Part shown: piece by piece, positions 40,190 to 52,250 of the stretch | How the letters are laid out: each line of letters starts with the position of its first letter | Numbering within the stretch: position 1 is the stretch's first letter | Origin: Gnetum montanum | Taxonomy: Eukaryota; Plantae; Gnetophyta | Reading direction: 5' to 3' | Length of the DNA: 64,000 nucleotides | NCBI GenBank assembly: GCA_015680685.1 | Contig: MNCI01002010.1 | Location: 124,001-188,000 of the forward strand | Made by a program: the position numbers and the translations under genes | The notes under the pieces: generated by a model | What the model saw: the letters and a program-made list of their open reading frames with translations, nothing else | What the model was told of the DNA's origin: nothing | Databases searched by the model: none

Positions 40190-43100
40190 TATTTTTTTTT
40201 TGAATTTGACACCACCTCAACCCCATCCATTCCCCCAACCCCAATTAAGCCACATCTTAATGATTCTAAGGTAAAAACATAAAAATTGAAAGGAGAAGCA
40301 TTATACTTACATAGAAATTAGGTAGAACATGAGACTCCAATGCTATTCTCAATCCTTTATTGAAACTAAAACTAAAGATATAATTTAGTTTTAGCTAAGA
40401 GGCCAATTATAAGTTAACTAGGATTTAGATGAAAATTAGTATTATTCAGAGGCTTAGAACCCTAAAGGAAAAGAATCTTCCAAGGCTTATAACCAAATGA
40501 GCATTTAGCCACCCACTTGGCACATGAAACAATATCCTACTTATAGAAATTTAGAATTCCTAATTCATCATCCTCTTTATGAAAGATGCAAATGTTCCAA
40601 GAAACCTCACAAAATCCTTTCCTAGAATGGATAATATTCTAAAGAAAATTCCTAACAAGTTGATCAATGTAATAATAAACAAAAATACTAGGAGTATAAC
40701 ATGAATAATAATATGCATGGGTAGCCTAGATGATATGCTTGCAAAATATAAACTTGATAGCCATAAAAAGCTTCTTCTCCTTTCACATGACAAGTTTTTG
40801 TTCAATTTTCCTCACCATAACATTCCATAAAGCTTTGGAAGATCTGGTAAAGGAAAAAGAAATGTACATCAACTTGAAAAAATTATCCTTTTCTAAAAAA
40901 TGCTAAGATTTAAACAAAGCCCAATCTTGAACCCCCTTATTCCAAAAGATTGAAGATTTAAACTAATTAATTTGAGAGCCAAAGAGCCTATAATATTGAT
41001 CAACATGATAAGAAAGATGATAAACAATAACATTATCATTCTTAATCATAAAAAAGGAGTCATATACAAAATGCACATTTAGTAGGGAAGGAACATTATA
41101 ATCAATGAAAATGCCTTGAAGAAAATTTTGTTCCTTGTCCTTATGAATAGCGTGACTTAAGAAATTAGTAGCAAGGATGTAGAGATAAGGAGAAAGAGGG
41201 AAACCTTGCCTAACTAATTTCTCAAGCTTAAAATAATCAATGAAGCCAACATTAGTAGCCATAAGGGAATTAGCATCAACAAAGAGAGTCTCTACACCAT
41301 CCTAATATATTTTTCGTTAAAACCATATTTGTGAAGGCAAGCAATAATAAATTTCCATTCAATTTTATCATACATTTTAACATAATCAAGCTTAAGAGAA
41401 GCTATTTTTTGATTGGAATCCTGAATCCATTACATATCCTCCAGGGTTGCAACAACATTATCTGCAATATATCTACCTTTGACAAAACCAATTTTTACTA
41501 GGGTAATTAATTGAGGAATAATTAGCTTTAATCTTCTAGTAAGACATTTGGCTAAAAGCTTATAAATAGAATTTAGGAGAGTAATAGGATGTCAATTACC
41601 AATTTAAGAGAGATCACCTTCCTTAAGAATAAGACAAATGACTCCTCTATTAAGCTTACATATGAGAGAACATTGAGTAATGCCTTCAAAACAAATACAA
41701 TAAACATTCAAACTAATAAAATCCAAATGATTTTTAAAGAATTGTTGGAAATTCCATCAAAACTAGGAGCTTTATCATTAGCCAAGCTAAACATATTTGC
41801 TTCATTTTAGAAAGAGATATATCTTAAGCTATAAGATGGTTGCAACTACTATGGACGATATTAGGTAAATGATCAAAGTTAGTGAAAAATTCATTCTGAT
41901 CAAACCCATGTGAGATAAAGATAGATTGAAAATTTCTTTCAAGAAAACCATTAACAATATGAAGATCAAAACTAATATGACCATCCACCTCCATGAATTC
42001 AATAGTAGGTAAATTATCTCTACCTTTTAAGAATTTGAAAAACTCTTTGTAGGGCTCTCCCTCAACTTTCAACTAGTTGAAATGACTCTTAATTAGAGAG
42101 CTTTTAGCATTATACATATCCAATTTTTTTTTGATTGAGCAAACATAATCTAGTCATTATTAAAGAGTAACATTAAAGGGATCATTCTGTATCACAAAGT
42201 TAAGCTATTGAAGTTCATTACAAAAGTTTTCCTTAGTTATCCTACATCTTTTGGCATATATCTTACCCAAACAATGAGAAAGATTATGAACACGACAAGT
42301 GGCATGCAACCATTATTAAATCCAACTTGAATCGCTAGGTGGTTTCCTCTCAACATTCCAATGAGACATTAAAATACCTTAACTAGAAGGTCAAATAAAT
42401 AAAGAGACATTCATATGGAAATGCACATGATGTTGAACTAAATATTTTGTACCAATTTCCAAAGTAAGAGAAATTGGAAAATGGTTTGAAAGGATAACAT
42501 CTTGGTGGAAAATAACATGACTATCACATAACCATGAAGAATAATTCGAAAAATTAAATCAATCAAGTCTCTCACCAATCTGATTAGCAACTACCTAAAG
42601 GTTAGACTAGGTAAAGTAATCATCATAGCGAACATTAGAACCTATAGTATTAGAGAGAAAAAAGTGCTCCTTAATGTTCCACCAACTTTCTCATACGAAT
42701 GTTCAATCATATTAAAATCACCTCTAAAGAGACAAGGGATGTTAGGAAAACTCTAGAGAAGAAATTGCCAAACATCAATTCTTGTAGTTGAAGTAGTAGG
42801 GCCAAAATGTTGTAAATATGGAAAGGACCTGAAGCACCTACAAATTTTTTTTCTACCATGAGAGAGAATTTTTTAAGACCAAAACTTATCGATAGTGAAG
42901 GTAATGCCACCTTGACCAGTAATGTGATTAGTAAATAAGACTGTAGAGTCACGAATAATACTATTTCCTGATATAATAATATCCAAATTTGAAATTTTAA
43001 CCTTGTAAAGAATAATACAATTAGGATGAAAAAGTTAAGTGTGAAGAAAAGCACTGACCATCTATTGGTAATACCCTAGACATTCCAAGAAAAGATTAAC

Positions 43101-43900
43101 ATTTAGAGAAGGGGGAGGATGCTTCCACCCTATCCAAATAATCAACATTATCCAAGGAGATAATCTTCATATTTTGACAAATGGTAGTAAATAGATTATT
43201 CATAAGTAAAAAATCTTGAGTGGGTTGACCAAATTGAAGATTGGGAATAACTTTGCTAGTAGAAGGACTACCCCAATTTTTCCTACTATAAGGAACCATT
43301 TGAAAATTGTTAGAATCAACAATAGGATTTTTCGAAACCTTAGGAATATAAAATTTTTTTCCCTTAGTCATTGAAGAATTTTTAGAAATTTTCTTCCTTG
43401 TAACCTTGCTTGAAATAACATTCTTGGCATGATCCCAGACATTAATAGGAGAAATCTTAGAAGCATCAAGAGTAGCTTATTGCTGCTATGTTTACACTAC
43501 CTATTTTCACAACATTAGGGGACCTGATTAAACATATGACCCTCTTGATGATGGTAGTCACATGAATTAGGAAGATTGTAAAAGATAACCTTCTACATGT
43601 AGTCTATTTTGCCCTTGTGCAAAATAATTTCTTACTTAAGAAAGTCAAGATCTACTTCAATCATATAGTAAGTACTATAGAGACCACTAGGTTGTACCTA
43701 AGGTTTTGAAGTGCTTGATTGGACTATTATGGGTATGTTATGGCATAATTAATTGCTAATACAAAATTTAAGACTTAATAACTCTCATGGTAAGGATTAT
43801 GAAATTGAAAATTTTATTACATTTGTAGATTAAAAATGATCAACTGGAAAAATAGTACATTCATTTCAAGGAAAATAATAGATTTAATAAAGTGGGTAGG
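40190..43900 (-). mobile_element. Degenerate L1-type LINE (ORF1 remnant, endonuclease, RT)
   Basis: GPFHIYN and GDFN-like endonuclease motifs (about 42720-42830). KAPSFDGI, ILLLNSIYKLLAK, LKLDY.K.YD, VRQGFPLSPYLYIL and a decayed FVYD catalytic site (about 41060). Confidence 0.85.
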
Positions 43901-43949
43901 CACCATTGGATGTAACAAAAATAAGTCTTACAAACTTTTTGCTACATTA

Positions 43950-45325
43950 TTATATTTTTCATAGAGATGATTAGTTTAATGATAAATAAGAAAGACATAG
44001 TATTGATTCTTAAGGGTTATTGATCTACAAAGCCTACATGTATATTCCTCCCTAGGAAGATTAATCCATCTTTCACTTCCTATCCTAAGTCGATGTAAAA
44101 GCAAATGAAGCTTGCTAATTAAATTGTGAGCTTTTATTAAAATTTTTGCTATAAGAGAGGAAAATTTTGAATCAAGTTGATTACCTCTAATGTGCTCCAG
44201 GTAAAGCTTTTTCTTTCCTTCCACATTTAATCAAAATTTTCTCAACACCTCTTATTTAACTAACTTGCATATGTATTTAAAATTATGTTATACTATTTCC
44301 AATAAGATATTCCATGTTTTTAGCCATTGTATTCTTTGAAAATACCATCCTTATTCTTTTGTGTCTTCAAGAACTACTTTGGAAAATTTTTCTTGCTAAA
44401 TTTCTACAAACTATCAATATAGTTAGTGAATTGACAAAGAGCTTCATCTTCTAATACAAGTAAATCACATTCTAAAAGTAAAATATGATAAGGTTATTGT
44501 AGCTTCACCTTTAATTCATCTAATAGAAACATTTTTTTTACCCTTTAAATAGCTTGCCAATTTCTTGCACTAAGGCTTGGCCTCCATAAAATACATTCAT
44601 ATAATATTGTAGGATAAATAGTAGCTTGAAATATTTATTTCAGAACCTTCAAATCTCATAATCATAATGATTTGCATTTGTTTTTAATAGTATATAGAGC
44701 CTTCATTTCTCCTATTATTCTCTCCTTGACACATTTATCCCATTTGTAATTACTTGTGTAATGAAGATCCAAATATCTAAAAGAGTTCATTATTTCTATA
44801 ATTGTTAGCTTCAAAATTAAATTCAATTTTATATTTCTTGTACCCCATATAATCATTTTTTTACACATTGACTTGAAGACTAGCATAAAAAAAAATTTCT
44901 AGAATTTTCAATATATGTTGCATACCTTTCTCAAAAGTAGGTTCATTGCATGGGATCCAATCTTGATAGCATGCTTATGATTACCTCTATAGATTGAATC
45001 TGGGAACTCATCAATAAAGAGGGAAAAAAGTGTTGGGGATAAACGATAGCCTTGCTTCACTCCAATATTTCTTAGAAAATGAAAATTTTCCTATGAATCC
45101 TTATCTTTAAGCTCAATAATGACTTGTTCATATAACGTTTGTAATGCTACCATCAACTCTATAGAGAGGCATAAACTATTTAGGAACAACCAAAAAATTT
45201 TATAGATCATTGAATCATATGCCTATGCAAAGTCAATGAAGATAATAAATAGTTTTTTGTTAGGATTTTTCTGTATCTTCCATATGCTATCAAAGTGTAA
45301 CTAAGTAGTTAATTGTATTAATGAT
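43950..45325 (-). mobile_element. Degenerate RT fragment of a second LINE (non-L1; RTE/L2-like)
   Basis: FIDFA*AYDS, IGVKQGYRLSPTLFSLFIDE, FRYL, and C-terminal LRIGSERW..LPREE..C..C. Confidence 0.75.
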
Positions 45326-48300
45326 TTTGTTAGTGTCAACATTGCCCATGAATGGGGGGTCCTATACTTTCACCTTCAAAGCCTATGACATGTAATTGAG
45401 TGAAAATAATTAAATAAGAAGTAGTTCTTCAATCAAGTCTAGGTGAGTACCACTATCACACGAGTGCTCTCCTAGTACAATGGTGTTAATACTATTTTTG
45501 ACATGAAGATTGCTACTAGTGCTACTTAATGCTAATGCAACATAACTTTAAATTACTTGGAAATGAATGAAATGTTGCCTAGCTTTCTACGATAACTAAA
45601 ACAATTCTTGAATAATTAAAATTATAGGTAGCTATCTACCTTTTAGTTTTTAAAAAATTTTAGTTATATTAGTTTTGGTTGCCACCGTTTGATCTTTTAA
45701 TTCACCGAATCACCTTTCTCTCTCTCTATAGAAACCTTGCAGTGACTGCAACTCAAAAACCCTTATCCACAACTCTTGTGCATCTACTGTGTTGCTCTTG
45801 ATGTTCCTCTACTATTTCCCATGTGTCATTATCTCATCATCCTTTTCCATTTATTACTCTTAGCACATGCCCATGAAAAAAAACTACCTACCATTTCTAT
45901 AGTATTTTTCTTGCATTCTTCTACCTTTGTGTAGGCCTAAGCTAGGCACAATGTGCTAGTGCCCTATTGCTGCTTGCAACCCCACTAGAATGGAAATCCA
46001 CATATGGAAAAAATACCACCATTGTTGCCCCACTCTGCCTTGTGATACTTCATAGTGTGTCATCTTTCATCGACATTTTCCTTTCCTTGCACTTGGCCTC
46101 ACAGACCCTACAAAAGGTTATGTAGGCCAAAAAAATACACCATGACACTACCACCCGTAGCATAATCAAGGACCCCAAGGCATCAATATGGATCATCATA
46201 GCCATGGCCACTACCCTTCACCACTTCCACATGTAGTCCTTTACTTTTCCAACTACTATACATATTTCCCTTGCCACATGTCTTTCACTCTAATCACACC
46301 ACACTACACCATAATTGTCAATGCCCAAACCCTCACTTTTCTTAGGCCCAAAAATTGTTAAACTTTGATTGTTATGTCCTACATCACACGGGCCCCATAG
46401 AAGACCTTTTTGAAAGACCCTCATGGCCTCTTATAGCATCTATTTCTAACATCCACTATTCCATTCTACTTCCATTTCCACTGCTACAAATTTTGGATGG
46501 TCAAATGGTGCCACTATGGTGCTCATGGAAAGAGGATGTCATTATGATGTACCATCCATTAACTAATGAGTACATGCTAGTGATATGCTTAGAGGGTACT
46601 GCTTGTAGAGAGCTCTTTTTGCCTCACCCTACCATTCCCCATTGCACATTGCCCACATTGCTAGCTACCAACACCTCACCTACTAGAAATCAAGCAATAT
46701 ATATATGCTTTTTCATTTATTAAAATTTATGACTCTATAAATATTCTTAGTTTTTTTATTTTTGATTGACACATGTTAAGCATGGAAGAAACCAAGGAGA
46801 TTTGGAGGATCCAAACACCACCATGCTTGGAAAAAGAGGTCATGCATGGTAGCCAAGTGGGTGGGTACATGGCTAGTTCCTCTTCCTCTTGGAAAAGGAA
46901 GAGAAGAAGGAGAGGAAGAAGAAGTCCTTCAATCTCCTCCTATCTCCTCTCCAATACCATCTCCAATTTCTTCCTTATCTCACACCCCTTTGTCTCACCA
47001 TAGCCTTAGATCTACTTCGATTGCTCCCTCAAACTAGCTGGAGCAAGAAGCCATTAAGGTTAAACTATGTATAAGGCTATAAATGCTTTTCCTATAGTTT
47101 GACCATGAGAATGATTGGAAGAAAGGTTGGCGTAGCATCTCTGTTGGGAAGGAGGTAGTGATTGTTCACCTACGGGAGCTTGAAGGTCTATTCGAGCATC
47201 TAACTTGAGCCATCCAATTTTATTGTGACTACCTTCAGGAGGAGATCTAGAATCCACTTTCCAAGAATCATGAAAGTGGATGGATTAATGAATAGTCCAC
47301 TATATCCACTTACCCCCCTTTTGTCTATCTTGATGTTTTATTTACGATCATCCATGTTTGGATTTATGTGATGAAGTATTAGCTTTTATTGTTTTAATTT
47401 AATGAATACATCTCATCTTTAATATTTCTACTTTGCTTTTATATTAAGTTCTATTAAAATTATTGGTTACATTTTGTCTTCTACTCAAGGCTATTCCCAG
47501 GCTAACTGTGCCCATAAGCAAGGTTTCCTAGGCAATAGCCTTGCCAAATTGTGCACTTTAGGGGTGTTGTGTGTTAGGTTATCTCATGACCCAAATTTTT
47601 ACATCAACAACTTTAACCTGAAACCAACTTGGCACATTACTCTTATGTTATTATCTTCTACCAAATTGCTAAGTCCTTTTTCAAGAATAATGCCTACCAA
47701 CTTAGCAAAAATATTACTTACAACTATCATGTGGTAGTTGTTTAAATTATTTTTTATTAATTTTTTATATAAAAGTTTTGCCTTCGTGACTTTTTGTCAT
47801 TTATTAAATTCATTCTTCATAGCTAAGCTTTGTTGATGAATAATTTCTTTATGAATAAAAGTCCCTATTCATTTAAGTAATTCTAGATACAAACCATCAG
47901 AAACAACAAGTTTTCTAGTTACTAATTTATTAATGTGTTCTATTACTTCCTTTAGAGTAAATTGAATAGAATCATGATGAGAATTAAAATAGTAATTAAT
48001 AATTTTTCGTATATAGAGAGTATTATAGAATGCAAAAGGTTCATAAAAAGAGAAATTAAATGATGGAGAGATTTTGCATTAAAAATATTTTTTTAAAAAA
48101 TTAGTCTTATTTTTAATCATGTATGCAAATGTTCTTGTTGTCCTTTGACAAAAATTTTCTTTTTGCTGATTAAGCATTTGTACTACCTAATCAAAATTTA
48201 TCTTTGATTTCTATTAGCTATTTTAATGTCCCTTCTAGCCTCCACAAAATCATCATTAAATCAGTGTTTTTGAGCATGAGACTTGTAATCATTAGTAACC

Positions 48301-49880
48301 TATTTAGCTACCTCTATTAATATTTGTTCGAACTCCTTAACATTCCACTAATTTTGTACCACCCTTTTATGATTTTCTTTAGCTTCTAATGTGATTCTTA
48401 TTTTGTATATCTTCTTCAATATTATGAAACACATTGATTTTTTTAAAAAAGGTCTAAATGATGATGACATGATTCCACCAACTCATCTTCTACTTTAAAT
48501 TCTATAATATACTGAATATTTGTAATAGAGAATAAAATAAAATCAATACAAAAGTTACCTTAAGGTCTTGTACAAGTGAATGTTGTAGATTGTGGCAACC
48601 TTATAAGACCATGGCAGATGAGAAGGTCTAGAGCCTTCGTCCATTGTAAAAATTGTTGTCGCATTTTATGAATGCTACCATTCAAAACCAAAAATGATTT
48701 AGATCAATTCCTATGCCACTATTATCATAATACCACTAAATAAGTCTATTTTTCTATAAGTCCACTCTATTAAAATCTCCACAAATAAAAATAGCTCATT
48801 TTGGTCTAAAATCTACAATATCTATTTCTACATGCTAAAAAAGATAGCTTTTACATAAACTTGCATAATTTAACATTGGTTTTAATTTGTTTCAACATGA
48901 AAATCAATTCTCAGCAAATCAATTTTGGAATTTCATTAATTTAAAAAAGGAAAAATATTCTCGTGGTCAAATAGTAGATATATATCATAAATATATAGGT
49001 AAACTAGTTATGTTTATGGCATGCTTAAAATAGTGCTAAAAAATATCTAGAATTATGAGGTAGTAAGATTGATGTAAAGAGAAAATACTATGCAAAAATA
49101 AATCTAATTCCTAAAGTTCATGTCTTCTTTAAATTTACAAGAAAAGTTTTTTTAACTATTGATTATTTTTAATAGATATTATTTATATAAGAATGCTTGT
49201 GAAGATGGTGAAAATCTCTTTTGTAGTACATGACAATTTCTTATATTTGGAACCATTTAAAAGGCCACCAATCATCATGTTATTATGGCATAATCTTCAA
49301 TGTGAAGTTGCATTAGAATGGACTTGGATTGGTGGTACTTATACATTAACAGAACTTGGAGTGTTTTACTAGCATGCATGACTTTTTAAGAGAACTCTAA
49401 TAGTCTTTGAAGGGATAGAATTTGACACTTGTTGGTGTATTAAAAATTGGAAGGAGAATGTGCTATTTAAAATAAAAGTTGACTTGCACAAATCTTTGAA
49501 CCTTAGACAAATATAGTTTTTATTTTCAAAGATTGGATTAGATTAGTATATTGAAATGATCATTTACTTAAAAAGTTTCATTTTAAGAATGCCGAGATCC
49601 TAAGACTATTCTCATTATACTTCAAACCTTTTTTGTAAATATATTTTTTTATTTATTGGGAAAAATATTTAAGTAAAATGAACATGAAGAAAATAAAGTG
49701 TAGAAGTTTGTTTTTTCTTTTTTTGTTGAGGGTAGGTGAAGGGGTGCTATTGTTAAGGTAAGAAGGAAAATAAAATTTATTTTGTTTCTAAAACTTAAAA
49801 ACTTTAAAAATCCACACTCAAATAAATTTAAACGGCATTTTAGGTTACCATTTGGTATCCAGGTTGCTTAAGAAGCCAAC

Positions 49881-50141
49881 ATCTACTGATTTCATATCCG
49901 AATGTTTCCATTTTGTTATCCAATTTTTTCGGGGTTTGTATCCGTCCTTATTTTGCACTATGATTCTATCTACTGATTTCATATCCGAATGTTTCCATTT
50001 TGTTATCCAATTTTTTCGGGGTTTGTATCCGTCCTTATTTTGCACTATGATTCTATCTACTGATTTCATATCCGAATGTTTCCATTTTGTTATCCAATTT
50101 TTTCGGGGTTTGTATCCGTCCTTATTTTGCACTATGATTCT
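49881..50141. repeat. Perfect 3 x 87-bp tandem repeat
   Basis: Identical units begin at 49881, 49968 and 50055 (ATCTACTGATTTCATATCCG...CTATGATTCT). Confidence 0.97.
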
Positions 50142-50590
50142 ATGTTTGAAAGTTTTATTTTCCAAAACAGACGTGGTCAGAATGATTAGATAATAGAGCA
50201 TTCCTTGAATGAAACTCATTGTATTACGTCATAAACAGGACCTTCTGGAAATGCTGGACATGTACGAAGTATGCGAATATGATTAAAGAAATTGCCAGAT
50301 ATTCTTGGTAAGAGTCGTAGGAAATCCAACAAAATTTGCAGCGATTACACACGATTGCAGGCGGCAAAATTCCCATACGAGTCGAATGAAAACACCTTAT
50401 CGAAATCATTTGTTTGCGTTCACCGAAAGGCCCATTGCAAGCAACACAAGAATAATTCCTTAACGAAGAACTTGAAAAAGAAAAAAATGGATTCAAAAAG
50501 TATTCAAGACACTTTGGGATCCAAAATTATTTGAGACAAGATCAAGATCAAGGGAGGAGGAGTAACGAAGGCAAGGCGGGGCATTATTTC

Positions 50591-51109
50591 CTACTTGATG
50601 ATCCAGAGCTCGTTATCATTTTCCTTATTCCAGGGAGACAGAAATAGGAGACCATCTGCTCCGAGCATGACATTTTGGTGCACATTTTCACCGGTGCGGA
50701 GGGTGCTGTATAATCCGTCCATATTGCGGATACTCCAAGCAATGGAGGCATTGTAAGGACTGGAAGATGAGATCTGTCCCTCGGTCACATCCAGAAAATT
50801 CCCTGCATTCCTGAGGGCCTGCTTTGTGCCTGCGTTAAGCAGAGCAGAAATAGGAAAACGTTCAGAATCGCGACGCTCGCCCCAGAAAAAAGTTTCCCAT
50901 ACCATCCCGTGGCTGCTGCTGTCGCAGGCCACTCCCCTCACGAACCCATCAGATAAAGCTATGCATGTTTCTAAGTCTGTTTTTGATCGGGTTCTCAGCT
51001 CAACTCCCATGGCTATGGGTGCCATCAATGCTGCCACCATAGTCACCGCCACTGTCAGTTTGCTTCTTCTTTCCATCTTTCTTGCGTCCATGGTTTCTGC
51101 TCTGCTCAT
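50591..51109 (-). CDS. EUL/ricin-B-like (beta-trefoil) lectin with N-terminal signal peptide, 172 aa, intronless
   Basis: Basic then hydrophobic leader (RRSKLTVAVTMVAALMAPIAMG). ALLNAGTKQALRN resembles EUL ALVNKATGQAIKH. SIAWS...GLYSTLR...NVHQNV resembles SVLWT...GYRAIR..NIRLNV. LSPWNKENDNELWII resembles LWEW.KGDNQRWKI. Confidence 0.75.
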   Translation of the reverse strand: MSRAETMDARKMERRSKLTVAVTMVAALMAPIAMGVELRTRSKTDLETCIALSDGFVRGVACDSSSHGMVWETFFWGERRDSERFPISALLNAGTKQALRNAGNFLDVTEGQISSSSPYNASIAWSIRNMDGLYSTLRTGENVHQNVMLGADGLLFLSPWNKENDNELWIIK

Positions 51110-51177
51110 GGGGGGTTGTTAAGGTGATGTGCTAGCTGGAGAAGAAAAATTAAATCCAAAACCTTAACAGAGTCCAA

Positions 51178-51211
51178 TGTTGCAAGTTGACCCCCCAGTC
51201 AACCTGCAACA
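51178..51211 (-). other. Stem-loop in the LINE 3' UTR
   Basis: Minus strand TGTTGCAGGTTGAC-TGGGGG-GTCAACTTGCAACA: 14-bp stem with one G.U pair and a 6-nt loop. Confidence 0.75.
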
Positions 51212-51284
51212 AGACAAAAGCTTATCGCACCCCCCTGGGACGACAGCTGAAGAAGGAGATCAAGACACCTAATTCAAAGAGAAT

Positions 51285-52250
51285 TCAGTTGGAAAAGGTA
51301 ATATTATTGAGAAAGCCTAGTTCGCGACATTGAAGTTGGACATTTCCAGCAATAGAGCATTTCATACCGTAGTCAAATTCATTGTAGTTTGTGTTATGAT
51401 ACCAAGCATCTAGACGACATTTCCAAATAAAGAAGATAATCTCAAATAGGAGGATTTTCCAGGCTTTTTGAAGGTGACGCTTAACACAATCATCTTGAAG
51501 GATACATTGAGGAAAACTAAGAGAATGATTAGGAAGGAAGACTTGGAGAGATTTACACCATTGCCAAATGTATTGAGAGAATGAGCAATCCCAAAAGACG
51601 TGTTGAAAAGAATCATCCGCTTTACAAATGGGGCATTTAGGATGATCAATTCCTAAAAAAAGAAGCCTATGTCCGATGGGAAGACCTTGATGAACCAAGG
51701 ACCAAAACAAAAAACGATGCTTAGGTTGAGCCTTGGAAGTCCAAATCCGACGAAAAATAGTTTTCCACTGGTGATCCTCAAGATGTAAACTCCAACGTCT
51801 ATTTAGAGTGGAGAATTGAAAAGCTTGCGTATGAAACCAAGATCGGGCTTTAGAGATACGTAAAGAGCAAAGAGGGGAACCGTCAGGCCAAAACCAATCT
51901 TCGTACCAAGGAGTATTAGTATGCATCTTATGCACAACAAAGTTGAAAAGGACTTGCTCAAGGTGTTGGTAAATGACAATATCTTGTCTTTGAAACCCCC
52001 ATTTAACTTTCGCATGTGTCCAAGGGAGGGTAGGAGAATCATTTCTAATAGTATATAATTGATCAATATGGTGGAGATTGCGGTCAGCAAAACGATTGGC
52101 CCTATGAGAGAATTCATCGTAAAGACAACCTCTATTCTTTTTAAATATAGGGGACCACCAGATAGAGTGAGTCAACAGAGATTGCAAGCTTATCTGGGAA
52201 GGTTTCCATTGTAACAGATCTCGAAGTTGGCTCCAACAACGCCAAATTTG
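51285..52250 (-). pseudogene. L1 ORF2 C-terminus (zf-RVT region) downstream of the premature stop
   Basis: Same frame as the 1016-aa ORF. Contains W..IW.SK..PK...LFW...H..LP...CPIC...H.FWDC. Confidence 0.9.

Noticed and set aside
45326-47740. Possible LTR-like block with short ORFs
   Set aside because: I could not define termini, a TSD or a partner repeat, and the ORFs are low complexity.
49845-50219. Repeat-protein ORFs on both strands, or a CRISPR-like array
   Set aside because: They result from an 87-bp triplication with no unique spacers, in eukaryotic context.
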